Origin: Octopus vulgaris
Lineage: Eukaryota
Assembly (NCBI GenBank): GCA_951406725.2
Contig: OX597836.1
Location: 21,328,001 to 21,392,000 of the forward strand
DNA length: 64,000 nt
Direction of reading: 5' to 3'
The translations under genes and the position numbers were made by a program. This document shows positions 47,933-62,140 of the stretch, one piece after another (the first letter of the stretch is position 1; every line of letters starts with the position of its first letter). Below the pieces are notes generated by a model. It saw only the letters and a program-made list of their open reading frames with translations. It was not told where the DNA came from and searched no databases.

Positions 47933-48209
47933 TTAATATTATATATATATATATATATGATTCCTAATCCTCCTCTGCATACCACTTTCAGGTTCTTTGC
48001 CCAAAACTCAAAGACCCATTATACATGCCATATTTCCTGCTTTTACTCATGGTAGCGAAAGTATACTTCCAATGTTACCTGTCCTATGACAAGTAACCCT
48101 GTAGTCAAAGAATAAAGGAATGGTTATGATCAGAAGGCCTTTCAACATAGACCTTCTCAATTCTGTAGCCAGGAGTTGGGTTAAACACAGAACGACAACT
48201 GCTTTGATG

Positions 48210-48740
48210 AACAACCAGAACCAACTGACCAACCAGCCAACCAACCAACCAACCAACCAACCAACCATCCAGCCAACCAACCAACCATCCAACCAACCAT
48301 CCAACCAACCAGCCAGCCAACCAACCAACCAACCAACCAACCAACCATCCAGCAAACCAACCAACCATCCAACCAACCAACCAGCCAGCCAACCAACCAT
48401 CCAACCAACCAACCAGCCAGCCAACCAACCATCCAACCAACCAACCAACCATCCAACCAGCAAACCAACCAGCAAACCAACCAACCAACCAACCATCCAA
48501 CCAGCAAACCAACCATCCAACCAACCAACCAACCAACCAACCAACCAACCAACCAACCAACCAGCCAGCCAACCAACCAACCAACCATCCAACCAGCAAA
48601 CCAACCATCCAACCAACCAGCCAGCCAACAAACCAACCAACCAACTAGCCAACCAACCATCCAACCAGCAAATCAACCATCCAACCAACAAACCAACCAT
48701 CGAACCAACCAACCAACCAACCAACCAACCAACCAACCAG
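48210..48740. repeat. (CCAA)n tetranucleotide microsatellite with variants
   Basis: Direct inspection; source of the WLVG/NQPT ORF artefacts. Confidence 0.97.
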
Positions 48741-49487
48741 GCTCCTGGTTTAATTACTCTGTTTGCTGAACCATACCTGTCATCATTAACATATTAAACA
48801 AATTATCCATATGTATGCGACCTTGAATTCACATTTTTTCTGCTGATTGGAATTTTTTTTCATTTTTCATTTTATTTCTGTTTTTTTTTTTTTGTCAAGG
48901 ATCGCATTTTGAGACTACGATGGTAATTATAATGACATCATTGATTTGATAAAACCACATCGTAATTCATTAATTAAATAATTCATCATCACTATCATCA
49001 CCATCGTCGTTGTCGTCATCATCATCATCATCATCATCATCTTCTTCGTTCTTCTTCTTCTTCGTTGTTGTTCTTCTCCTCCTTCTTCTTCTTCTTCTTT
49101 TTCTCTTCCTTGTTCTTCTTCTCCTTGTTCTTCTTTTTCTTCTTGTTCTTGTTCTTGTTCTTCCTATTAAACTGGCCAGGTAACTTCGCAGCAGGTCCAA
49201 GGTTATTCCAGTGGACAGATAACAAATACTAGCAAATTGGCTTCTGCTTTAATGAACAAATTAACTGGTTCTCTGCTGAAGCTGATCATCTAGGTGGTGG
49301 TGATGGTGGTGGTAGTGAGGGCAGTGGTAGCAGCGGTGGTGGTGGTGGTGGTGGAAGTGACCTGGTTTTTGTTTGTTTAGGAAGGAAGACCATATTTTAA
49401 GTAACCATTTTTTATTTTCCTAAGACTTACTAGAACAAAGAAAATAGAAAACTGGGAAGTAAATGTTCAAATTATATATATATTTAT

Positions 49488-49885
49488 AGGCGTAGGAATG
49501 GCTGTGTGGTAAGTAGCTTGCTTACCAACCACATGGTTCCAGGGTCAGTCCCACTGCATGGCACCTTGGGCATGTGTCTTCTACTGTAGCCTTGGGCCGA
49601 CCAAAGCCTTGTGACTAGATTTGGTAGACAGAAACTGAAAGAATCCCATCGTATATATATGTATATATATATATATATGTGTGTATGTGTGTCTATACGT
49701 TTGTGTGTCTGTGTTTGTCTCCCCAACATCGCTTGACAACTGATGCTGGTGTGCTTACTGGTTCGGTAAAAGAGACTGATAGAATAAGTACTAGGCTTAC
49801 AAAGAATAAGTCCTGGGGTAGATTTGCTTGACTAAAGATGGTGCTCCAGCATGGGCACAGTCAGATGACTGAAACAAGTAAAAGA
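49488..49885 (+). mobile_element. SINE family A, full length
   Basis: GGCGTAGGAATGGCTGTGTGGTAAG ... GACTGAAACAAGTAAAAGAG. Confidence 0.88.
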
Positions 49886-49917
49886 GTACATGCATGTATA
49901 TACATATGCTTATATAT

Positions 49918-49962
<45 letters not shown>

Positions 49963-50049
49963 CATACATACATACACATATAATATAAAGAAGCATAATA
50001 TCAGTAGTATAGTATAATATGTTAGCATATATTCAATCAGATGATTCGA

Positions 50050-51975
50050 TGATTAAGAGTGGACTAGGAAAACTATACAGAATACTGGAACTCCATGATG
50101 TATAGAGTACTCGTGTCTTATAAACACTAATACTAATATTGTCTAGCTTTGTTTGGAGCACATTCTTTATTGAGTTAAATGCCTTCCATCCTGCCATTAT
50201 TCTTTTTGAGATTGCAGCATCCATATCTCAGTGCATATTCACTGTATGCCCAAAGCAGACACCTCTGCAATTTTGTCACTTCCCATCTCTGTTTTGGTCT
50301 TGTGCTTCATCTTCCAATTACATAAATTTTCTTTACATGTGGTCCATTCTAAGACCTACAGCTAAGCTCTGTCAGCACGAACTGCAGCTGGTCTGTTGTT
50401 TCAGCAATGAGTACAATGTCATCTGTGAAATGAAAGTGTGTTAGTTGTTCACCATTGATGTTTATGCCACCTGTCCAGTCATGTCTAGACATGTATTAAA
50501 GAGCTTTGGAGAGATGGTATCTCTTTGCTTGACACCCTAACCAATTGGAACCCTTATTGGTAGTGATAGCAGAACTATATTTGATGTGCGTCCTGAGTTT
50601 TTGTCTCTGAGCAGTTTGATGTATTGCACTTTGATATCTTGCATTTCAACACTGTATTCTTATTGAGTCTATTGAAAGCATTTTTGTAATCAAAGGAATA
50701 CAAGCTTCCTCTGTGATACTAGAGGAAGCTTCTGTTCATTTTTTTGTTCCATGAGCTGTGTTAAAGTGAGTATGTGATCCAGTATACAGTAGTTCCTATG
50801 CAAACCTGTTTGCTATCTTGGCTGTAGGGGGGTCGTTAAGATGTTTCAATAGTCTGGTGACTATGACCATTGCAAACAGCTTATAGAAGTGATACAAGAG
50901 GCATTAAAAATCTCCCTTCTTATGAAACGAGCTGGTATTTGACTCTTTCCACATTGAGGGTATTTTGCTCTCCTTCAGATTGCAATTGAAGTGTAGAACA
51001 AAGATTTTCCACAGCTCATCACCTCTGCATCATAACATCTCTCTTATGATGCCATCTTTCTCAGGAGCTTTGTCTATTCTCATCAATTTGAGAGCATTTT
51101 CAGTTTTACTGACCAGAATAGTTGGCAGCTCTTTCAACATTTGTGATGGGTGGAAGATCAAGCTTCACTGATGATTTAAAAGGTTGGTGTAGAAGGTTTT
51201 GCATACCTTTTCCATCTCCCCTTTGTCTGTCACCATAAACCTATTCTGAAGCAGTGTCACCTTTGATTAATAAAGTGCCAGTCCTCTCCTGCATCTTTTT
51301 AGGCTTCTCCTTTCCTCTACAGCCTGCATCAGTTTCTTCAGTCTATAATTCTTGAAATCATTTCCCAGACATTGTCTGATGGCTTTGCAGAGAACAGAAT
51401 ACTCAAGGTGATCTCCCTCTTCATAGCTTTCCATTCATATTCCTCTTCATAGCTTTCCATTTCTCTAATATTTTCTTTGTCTCCCGCCAAATTCTTCTTC
51501 CGGGCTTCCACTTACTTACAGTACTGGCTTTCCACATACGGCTTTTAATTTTCTAGACTGGCAAATTGTAGTCCTTCTCGAACTCTTCATGTTGACTTGA
51601 AATTTTCTTCATGATAACTTGCAACTGTTTCACATCAAAGGCCTTGATGTGTTGATTCTTCGTTGAGATGTACTGAGCCTTTCTCTGACTGCATATATTT
51701 TGTTTTCTTGTGGATCATTGTAAGGCCTACTGTCAAGCTATGAGTGTCCAGCTCTGTCAGCATTGTCTGCAGCTGATCTGTAGTTTCAGTGATAAGTACA
51801 ATGTCATTTGCGAATTAGCGGTGTGTTAGTTGCTTGCCTTTGATGTTTATGTCACTTGTCCAGTCGACGTCCTTGCTGACCATTTCTAGATATGTGGTAA
51901 AAAGCTTTGGAGAAATGGTATCTCTTTGCTTGACACCCTTCTCACTTAAGATCTTTACTGGTGGTGATAGTAGTG
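50050..51975 (-). pseudogene. Old, heavily decayed RTE-type reverse transcriptase, with a second RT piece at about 51720-51975
   Basis: Remnants GVKQRDTISPKLF, F(T/A)(D/N)DIVLI, KRIMAGWKAF; many stops. Confidence 0.75.
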
Positions 51976-52492
51976 TATATATATATATATATATATAGTC
52001 AAAACTATTGAAAAGTTTGCAAGACACAACGAAAATTTTAGGAAAATAAAAATAGGAAAAAGTGGAGTTTTTACCGGTGAGTGTGTTATATTATAAGGCA
52101 CAAAAAGAAAATGACTCTCCCCAGACACAATAGAATATGCTTCAACACACAAACACACATAAAGAATCTTGCAAACCAAATCCCAAAACGAAATATATAT
52201 AATGTATATAACCAAATTTTCCTATTTTCCTTTCCAACAATACAAAATTAAAGTTACTTCCCTTGGCTAAGTTACTTCCCTTGCTTCATTACTTAGCCAA
52301 ACTGGTGAGAGCCACTAGTTGGTCACCTTATCTGTTAGAAATAGCAGCCAAATATTCCTCAAATCACTGTGCTTTAGAAAAAAAATACAAAAGATAGTTT
52401 TGCTATAGCTAGAATGGCTTTGATCATGGTTTTGCTCGTTAAGGTCTGATCTGGAGTCAAACAACAACACCAAATAGAAAAGTATCAACACA

Positions 52493-53035
52493 GGCATGAC
52501 TGTGTTGGTATGAAGATCGCTTTGCAACAATCTGGTTTCAGGTTCAGTTCTACTGCAAGTCACTTTGGACTTGCAGTAGTCTTCTACTATAACTGTGGCC
52601 TGATCAACGCCTTGTGAATGAATTTGATAGATGGAAATGGTGTGGAAGCCTGTCACGTGATATAGATCTGTGTGTGTCTTTGTGTTTGTGTTTGTTTCCC
52701 ACCAACTGCTTGATAACTGGTGTTGGTTTGTTTACATCCCCTAAGCAGAAGTGACTAATAGAAAAAGAAATAGACCGCTTTGCAACATTCTGGTTTCAGG
52801 TTCAGTTCTACTGCAAGTCACCTTGGACAAGTGTCTTTTGCTATAACTGTGACCTGACCAACGCCTTGTGAATGAATTTGGTAGATGGAAATGGTGTGGA
52901 AGCCTGTCATGTGATATAGATCTGTGTGTATGTGCCTATGTTTGTTTCCCCACCAACCACTTGATAACTGGTGTTGGTTTGTTTACATCCCCTAAGCTAA
53001 TGGTCTCGCAGAAGTGACTAATAGAAAAAGAAATA
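52493..53035 (+). repeat. Tandem duplication (about 260 bp) of a diverged SINE A
   Basis: CGCTTTGCAACA.TCTGGTTTCAGG...GAAGTGACTAATAGAAAAAGAAATAG occurs twice. Confidence 0.85.
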
Positions 53036-53314
53036 GTAGCGTGGTCCTCCTGACGATGAACCATGCCTCATACGGTCCGCAAAGAATGGGCTTCAAAAAT
53101 TGTTTTTGTCCATTATTTTCACATACTGGAGTGCTAAAGGTTTTCTCCTAATGACATTTCTTTTAAAATTTAATTAATTTCATAATTTTGAATAAGACTC
53201 AGTTGAAGGTTGGCAGTGATAGAGATTCTACTTCAGAGCTAGTCTTCTGTTTTCTACTTTCTTTTTATTTTTTACCCAGTATCATTATACACATGGCTTT
53301 ATATATATATATAT

Positions 53315-53575
53315 CATCATCATCATCATCATCGTTTAACATCCGCTTTCCATGCTAGCATGGGTTGGACGATTTTGACTGAGGTCTGGCGAACCAGATG
53401 GCTGCACCAGGCTCCAATCTTGATCTGGCAGAGTTTCTACAGCTGGATGCCCTTCCTAATGCCAACCACTCCGAGAGGCCAGTCAGGCGGTACTGGCAAT
53501 GACCTCGCTCGAATCTTTTTACACGTGCCAGTGAAGCGATATTGGTAACGATCACGCTTGGATGGTGCTCTTGTG
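53315..53575 (-). mobile_element. RTE LINE 3' end (different subfamily)
   Basis: (CAT)n-CGTTTAACATCCGCTTTCCATGCTAGC... Confidence 0.75.
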
Positions 53576-53629
53576 ACACACACAGAAGAATATGTATATA
53601 GGCATATGCATATTTATCTATATGCACAC

Positions 53630-53675
<46 letters not shown>

Positions 53676-53754
53676 TCAACATCATCATTTAACGTCTGCT
53701 TTCCATGCTGACGTTAAGCGATGATGATGATGATGATGATACATGATATTGAGA

Positions 53755-54067
<313 letters not shown>

Positions 54068-54505
54068 AGAAGTTTGCAATCCAGCCACATGGTTTTTGGT
54101 TCAGTCCTACAGCACAGCACCCTTAGGCAAGTGTTTTCTGCTATAACCCTGAACTGACCGAAGCCTTGTGAGTGCGTTTGGTAGATGGAAACTGAAAGAA
54201 GCCCATTGTATACACACACATGTAATCATTGTCATTAAAATCCTTTTGATGATGATGATGATCATAAATATGTATGTGTGTGTGGTTGTGTTTATGTTTG
54301 TTCCCCACTGTTTGACAACTGGTGTTGGTTTGTTTGTGTTTCCATAATTTAGCCGTTTGGCCAAAAATGACAGAAACAATAAATACCAGGCTTAAAAGAT
54401 ATGTACTGGGGTTGATTTGTTTGATTGAACTCTTCAAGGCATGGCAATTGTCCAATTACAGAAGCAAAAGTTACATGCATGCATGCATACATACATATAA
54501 AAGCT

Positions 54506-54746
54506 CTATCTGTGACGATTTCATCTCAATCGAAGGAGAGGGGCTTTCTCCGTCCGGGTTGCGGATCCATGGAACAAGCTGCCAGACGAGATGGTGAAGA
54601 TGCCAACGACCGCTTTGTTCAAAGTCTCCCTTGACCTCAAGTGGCCTGAACTCTTTACATGAACACCACCCTGTACATAACTCCATGTCCCCCTACATGG
54701 CCTTGCTTTTTGCTTTTTGAGCCAAAAATTAACTAACTAACTAACA
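54506..54746 (+). mobile_element. CR1 LINE 3' end, short copy
   Basis: rc of 24898-25137; (TAAC)n tail. Confidence 0.88.
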
Positions 54747-55131
54747 TATGCATGCTCACACACAGACACACACACACACATTGTGACTCATTCGGCTGCT
54801 TATCTCATCGGTCTCTAATTTCTGTTTTTTGTATAAGTTTTGCTACTTGCAACTTGTCACTTGAAGTATAAAAATTTAATAATGTTTCGCTATTGCTCTC
54901 GACTTTCTTGTCAACACCTACACCCCAGCCTCCTTTATTACACTTTGTTTTTATGTTGCTTTCAACAGTCTTTCTAAAAACCTATCAGCAACTTCCTTCT
55001 CCCACATTGTTTATATATTCATCAATTCAAATAACCTTGTTTTTGAAAGCTTTTAAAATTCTTGTCATCATCTATTTGCTTTCTCCTCTTCCTTTGTCTC
55101 GTTTGTGCACCAATTCAAGTGATTCAAGTTT

Positions 55132-55433
55132 GGATCTTTTCGGTTTGACTGGCAGTTTTTAACATAATTTCTAGGTAACTAAAAAATTTTAATCTTTGTA
55201 TACTGGTAGAATGTGTTTATAAAACATCTTTTTCTCTTGGCTTTATTGAGAAAATTCTATAGTTTGTAAGATATTTGTTGTTTTTTTCTTCAATTTTTGC
55301 AATTTCAACCAATCACGGATGTCGATTGAGGTAAAAAACATTCTGTGCCATATGAATATGACCCTCATTTAAGAAACAGATTGGGTTTATTTACATTTGC
55401 AAAGAAAAGATACCCTTCCCCCCACCACTAACC
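55132..55433. mobile_element. Truncated reverse copy of the 12843-13258 element
   Basis: GGATCTTTTCGGTTTGACTGGCAGTTTT start; breaks at the CTAACC repeat. Confidence 0.75.
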
Positions 55434-56439
55434 AAAAGTGGAGTAGGTTCTTTTTGTCTCTCATCACTGCTGCTGGATTTAACTACAAATGCATACACTA
55501 TAATTCATTAATCTTATTCAAGACGAGTGGAAAAAAGCCAACAAGTAGAAGTGATGGTAGTAATGTGTAAAGAAATTGTAAAAGGATTAGAGAGAAAATC
55601 TCAGCCTCACTGGAAGACCATTAAAGCTTGTGATGTGTACAGTAGGAATAATACACAACAATAAATGATGAATTTATATCAAGCTAGCTAGAGGCGATGG
55701 CCTCTTGGAGCTAATCAACGACAGCTTTCGTCCTATATTTATGGACTGCCATGGACTATATTTATGGACTGCACTATGGGATTCAATTGTTTCAAGACAG
55801 GGGCCATCAAAGGAAATTGTTTTTACAAAGTAAAACTGCTTGTGGGGCCTCTAAGAGAAAAGGTTTCTCAAAATCCAAGGGGACTATGATATATTTTTTT
55901 TTAAGGAAGGGCCTATGAAACATTTACAAATCTTTCTTTGGTTCTTTGAGATGCAGACTGATGATTCAGTTGAACATCTCAACCGTTAAAGGCTTTGTGG
56001 AGGGATATGGAGGAGCATACTTAAAGGGATGGTTTTCATTACTTGTTCAACTGTCTGAAATGGATATTCACAAAAGCACATTCGCTGACTGCTCCAACTT
56101 GTTGGTTGACTTAAAGTAGCTTAAAAGGCTTCAGCAGACAGGTTGGGAGAAGGCATTGTACAATATGTAGATGAGTGGGGTTTAACTAATAAGACAGTGG
56201 TCAAACAATGTAAGAAATGTGGAGATGGTTTTGCAGAGGCTGGGGTTGAAAATGAAAAAAAGAAAAAAAAAACCCACAAAAATGTTTGCAACTTGTATGT
56301 ACATTAACATGATACTCACATTTGTTGTAAGTATTTGGACCAAGTTCCTCACAAGATATTCTTGTTGACATAATCTCAAGACACCCTGGTAACACACCGT
56401 CACTCTGTTGAATGATTCAACCATAAAGTAACCTTAACC

Positions 56440-57180
56440 TTCTCGACAATTCTCTTTCCTCTGCTTAAAAATCTATGAGCACAAGCTCAACCTAGATTCT
56501 TCCTCATACATATCACCACCTCCTAGCACATAAACCACATGCCTTGTTCCTCCCAGAGGACACCAATCTTACATCTTATCTATATGCTGTACATATTACA
56601 CTTGATGCAAATCTTGACTTTGAAAGGTGGGATCTGTATATAGGCCAATTCCACTCTACCCACTGTTCACTTCATACTTACTTGGATACTAGCAACAAAG
56701 AATTCCAAGTACTCTGGCTCAAGAGCTCTGAGCTCTCTCTTGCAACTCTTCTAACTATATCTGCATCCACTTCCGTTCTCTGAAGTCTTCCAACCACCAA
56801 CAACCTTTCGACCTCATCTCTTCATGCATTCAGTACACATCTCTCTCTCTCTTCCTCTCTGTCTACCTGAAGACTTCATCCTCAGTTGAGTTCAGTACTC
56901 ACAACTCTTCTTGTACTCATCCCCACACTGATGCTTCCAAGGAAGAAGCAGGCTTTAATTCTTTACAATGATTACTTTTACATCCTACACACATGTATCA
57001 GACCAACACAGACACTTTAATCTAAACATACTTGATCTCTTTCCCAAACCCGATCTTTAATGAACCACTGCTGTCTATACCTCTGTTAGATTATCCGACC
57101 AATGCCTTATCTCAACTCCCCACCTTGCTTCCCTATATTCTGAAGCAAGTGTCACCCCTTGGACCCTGTGGTACTTCAAA
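56440..57180 (+). pseudogene. Possible very decayed LINE APE-endonuclease region
   Basis: Remnants resembling HPTH...NILDL and SD.CLIS near 56980-57115; weak. Confidence 0.35.
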
Positions 57181-60100
57181 ATTGATAGTATCTCTGCCAG
57201 TTGTATGCTAACAGTAACACAGTTGTATGCCCAGTAACACATGAGGTTCACCTATGAACCATCAGAAGCAGTTAACCCTTTTCCTCTCCTGTGCATCACA
57301 TGTGTAAGGTGGTTGGTATTAAGAAGGGCATCCAGCCATAAAAACCCACACTAAAACAGACAGTGAAGCCTGGTGCAGTCTTCTGCCTAGCCAGCTCCTG
57401 TCAGACCATCCAACCCATGCCAGCATGGAAAACTGATGTTAAATAATGATGATGATGATGATGATGATAACATTGACAATTTTTGCAACCACCAAAGTGA
57501 CTTGGGACCTATCTAAAGGAAAGTTCTATGTTTCTCAGAACATATGAAAAAAAAAAAGGCTAACTAAAAGTCTGAAAAACATGCACAAACATTTAGGAAA
57601 TACTTATGAAAATACTTTGGACAGGCAAAGAATTAAGCAAGTGCCTAAGGTTATCCTCACACAACTTATTGTGCAATCTAAAGATACCTTATCTGAAGGT
57701 GTTATTCAGTATAAACTTGCCTGTAAACAATACTATGATGTGTGACAAAAGTCAGAAAAACTTAACAATCCCCTTGAACGATTTCCTTTATCATCAGGGT
57801 AGGAAGTGCTAAAGGCAAAAGTGATTTTTCTTTTATAATAGAATGATTAATTTAGTTCAATGTTGTTTGTTTCTTTGCTTCTGTTTTTTGGGTCAGTCAG
57901 ACAGTTTCTGCAATAATTTTAAAATTCCTTCGTGTTGGTAACAAGGAATTTACTGTTTTGATCTACATAGTTTACAGTAAATGTTTTTGTGATATAGACA
58001 ACACAACCAAAGCTCATACCTCAACTCCCATCTCATTACTCAAGTTGTAACTGTGTTGCAGTAATTTGAGTAAAGAAGACAGCATCCAATACTTGGTAAA
58101 AAAAATAAAAAAAATCAACCACCACATCACAATAAACTGGATGGCTTTTATCCCCACCACAACATATACAAAGCCATATTTCAAAAATAATGGAGATGTC
58201 TCTGTGCATCACATATTCCGCAAGCTCCCCTGTCTCCTAAAATGTTGCTCATTCTCTGCTGACTTCGCAGAATAATCCCTCCATCTATTTTTGAACTACA
58301 ATGGCTTAATAAAAATTATTCCTGCAGAGAAAACTTCTGTATTTACTCCATGCTTTGCATCCAGCTACACACACAATATAAATATTTTCCTTTACTTCAC
58401 CAGTTTTATTGCTTCAAACTAACAAAGCCACCAGCCACATCAATGTCCCTTATTCTACTTGCAATAAGTGCTTCCCAGAGCTCTCCCGACATGCTTCAAC
58501 ACCCCACTCTCTCTCTCTTACACCCCCCCCACACACAGAGTCTTCTCTTTCTATGGACCTAGCAATTTACTCCTTTTATGAAAACATGCTATAGTGAAGT
58601 CATGGGTAAACTGTGGCCCATGGACCACAGGACTTGCCAACAAAAAATTATTTTGAATCTTATAAGTAGTGTGCCCTGCCTGAAAATGAATCATTTCTGA
58701 TGCAGCTGCTTCTCAAAAAAGACTGCCTATGCCTATAGTCTGTTCCATTTCCAATGGGAGACAATTTCTCTTACCCTGCCAGCTATGGACTATGGCTCTC
58801 ATTACAAAAATTTCAAAGGTGATAGAAACAATCATTAACAGTCAACTTTGAGTCATCAGCTTATGTTATCTCCTTTCACTCTTCAATGACCACCATAAAG
58901 CCAGGTTCACTGGGGGATATCCTCTCTGTTTCACTTACAAATGTGCTCTCTTCTTTGAAAAATTTAATTTTTTTTCGAAAAATTTTATTCTACATTAGAT
59001 ATATATATATATGGTTCGGTGATACAATCAGAAGTAGAACTCAATACGCAAAATAGAGCATATATATTTCTTTATTATTCATCTGTAAGACTATCAATGG
59101 ATTTGATAAGTACGAACGTACGAAACTCTAATCAGAGCTTAATACACACATACAACCCTAGAGAGTGAAAATCTAGACGTTTTCTTTAATTATCTCCCTT
59201 ATAGCAACTTTTACTTTAATGGTTGGTAAATCAGTTGTATTAATAAAGAAAACATTTGGACGTGAAATAAAATAGTTGTTGGCATTCATCGTCATGTGGG
59301 ACGATTCTACACAGCTGATATACTGTGCGTGGGACATCGGCGACGACAGATATATGAATATTTGAATCCCTTGTTTACTGTTATAGCCGGCCGGTGTCTC
59401 TTAAAACCTTTTCCCTTCTGATTACGACGGACAAAACGAAAATGCAGAACGGACTGGACAACGATAGGTGTGTGTGTGTGTGTGTGTGTGAGTGAGTGTA
59501 CGTGCGTGTGTGTGTGTGTGTGTGTTTGTAGGCATTCTTTAGATGAAAGTAGCAATTGTGTCAAAATGACCAGTTGCTTTTGTTCGGCAAATTCCATAAA
59601 GGATTTTTATTTAGTTACTTTTGTTTTCATGTCAAGAATGCCATATGTATAATCAGCCGAAATTGCGAAGATGATCCGGTTCTTGACTGAAGATTGAAGG
59701 CTTCGAATGTCCCGTCCGTGTTTTTTGTATCGTCTTCTAAATGTTTCACGTTCTTGTCCTAGTTTGTATTTTCTTACATTTACATGTATATATATATATG
59801 TACGTATCTTTAGGCTACTCTCTGTGGCGGCTTGCTGGCAAAAAACAAAACAAAAAAAATTATGGTGAGCTGGTAGAATCGTTAGCATACCGAGCAAAAT
59901 GCATAGCGGCATTTTGTGTGTCTTTATATTCTGAGTTCTAATTCTGCCGAGTACTGGGTCCATGTAATCGACTTACTCCCTCCTCCTGAAATTACTGGCA
60001 TTGTGCCGAAATGTGAGAACTAAACTTAATCATTAAGCGGGGTCTGGCTCGGGTTAATATCCCCTCAGTTATGGAGCCGGTGGGATAATCCAGAAGTGAT

Positions 60101-60289
60101 GGGAAGAGACCAGATGGTCTTACCCTCTGTCTCTGGGTAAGAGGTAGGTGCTTCGTCTGGGACGTCGCAGTCTGTGACTCTTTTGCTTCCTACCACATCC
60201 TGGTTGCTGCGGTAAATGGGAGGGTCACAGCTTCCGTAGCCGAACGGAACAAAACCCTGAAGTAACGGAAGGGCAACAGCTAAGAGTAG

Positions 60290-61210
60290 GCATTGCAGCT
60301 GGATGCACAATATTAGTCATCCTATTTGTGCTAGTCATGGAGTTGTCACTAAGATCAACAATCTGTGAGAAAGCTGTTACAAAGACACTATTAAGGGCTT
60401 TTATGGACGACATTACTGTATTATCAGAAAGTAGAGAAGCAGCAGATGTAACGTTAGAGCGGTTGGACGGGTTAATAGGATGGGTGAGAATGAAATTCAA
60501 AACCAAGAAATCTCGAAGTGAGACATTCATGAAAGGAGTTCAAAAAGAAGTGAAGTTCAGAATATGAGACGAAGAAATACCAATGGTGAAAGAACAATCA
60601 ATAAAAGGTCTCGGCAGATGGTACAGTGATTTATTAAATGATAAGAAGCAAGGCAAAGAAACAGGAATTAGTGGAACAGGGACTAGAGGTAATTGACAGA
60701 ACAACATTACCGGGGAAATTCAAATGCTAGATACTGCAATTTGGACTGTACCCAAGGATTATGTAGCTATTGTAAATGTATGAAATAGCCTCGAATAGAG
60801 TAGAAAGGATGGAACAAAGATGCAGTGTATTGATCAGAAAATGGCTTGGTCTTCCAAAACCGCAGAATACAACTGCACTATATGGAAAACCCGTGCTGCA
60901 AGTAACAATAATATCAATCGTCGAAGAAAATAAGGAAGGAAAGGTGAGGACAGTAATGGTGCTAAAGTATTCGAAAGATCAGAACATCCCAGAAAACCCT
61001 CCAGAGGTACGAACAGGGAATGGAAAGCGGAGGAAGCAGTAAACTGCGATAGGAAAGTTAAGGAATGATAGTAAAGAAGAAGCAAAAGCCGGTCTAGGGT
61101 TGCAAAATTTCAAACCATTTTGCATGAGCAGTGTAAAAGAGATGAAGGCGTAGAGGAGTAGGGGCCGAAACCGGATGTGCTTCCTCCTGATGATATCCTT
61201 AGCCACTGGA
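60290..61210 (+). mobile_element. Decayed Hero-like (R2-group) non-LTR retrotransposon fragment
   Basis: RAFMDDITV, MKFK.KKSRS, LPGKFK, RKWLGLP....T.ALYG, SIVEE.K.GKVR, RTG.W motifs; stops and frameshifts. Confidence 0.72.
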
Positions 61211-61899
61211 TCCTAAAAAGTAGTTGTTGAGTTAGTGAACCCCGAAACGTGATTGGAGTTGTCCTTGTATCTTTAAACACTTTTTGTTGCAAGACGCTTG
61301 CAGATTCAGGTGTTACCAGTTGAAAGCTCAGCATACCGGATAATAGCAAGTTTATGGGGGTCATCAGGAGAGAATGGGCACCGTTTCGGGGCCTTCCCCT
61401 CGACGGCATCATTGCGTACCGGCCTTGCTTACTGAAACGAAGCCCAGTTAGCTAGATCAACTTGATGGAGTACTATTTTGTCAATCTTACCTAAAGGCAC
61501 GAACCACATTGATGGGTTTAGTCAAACATAGCAACTCCTGTGTTTACTTTTTAGTCTAGTTCTAATTCGTTCGGACTCGTGTGCGCGACCGCCAGGTAAT
61601 AAGGACGTAAGCAAACCAACACTGGTTGTCAAGAGATAAACACACACTATCACTCATCCCCATACATACATACACGCGCACGCTCAACGGGCTTTCACAC
61701 ACTTTCCATCTTTCAGAAGATATTGATTGGCTCATGGCTATAGTAGAAGATACTTACTCAGTGTGCTGCGCTGTGGAGCTTAACCCAAGACCATAAAGTT
61801 GTTGGGAATCAGGTTTCTTGACCACACAGCCAAGAGTTTCAACACACGAGATTCTCGGTCCTTGAGCTCATGCGTAACGACTACATATTATTCTTTTCT

Positions 61900-62140
61900 A
61901 TTCTAGGCACAAGGCCTGAAATTTTTGGGGAGTGGGCCAGTCGATTAGATCAATCCAGTATGCAAACTGGTACTTAACTTATCGACCCCGAAAGGATAAT
62001 AATAATAATAAAACATTGTGTACAGTGCTCAGGTGCACTACAACTCATCTAAAGTGTATATATAATCAGGTGTAGTTTCGGCGGATTTCGGAAAGCATGA
62101 GGGCCTTAAAGGATGAAAGGCAAAGTCGACCTCGGCGGAA
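61900..62140 (-). mobile_element. SINE family B variant with a nested short LINE 3' end (61998-62107, TSD AAAGGAT)
   Basis: SINE core CCCGAAAGGAT|GAAAGGC split by an (AAT)n-tailed insert whose start also occurs at 29225-29285. Confidence 0.75.

Noticed and set aside
48047-48797. Long ORFs (159-229 aa) of WLVG/NQPT repeats
   Set aside because: Translations of a (CCAA)n microsatellite with no stop codons; not genes.
48780-49290. Possible conserved non-coding enhancer (TAAT/ATTA-rich unique patches between microsatellites)
   Set aside because: No evidence available without cross-species alignment.
59650-59720. Hammerhead in the repeat with CTGAAGA and GCCGAAA (also 29860-29925)
   Set aside because: The motifs are in the wrong order or lack GAAA and a foldable stem II; no complete core could be built.
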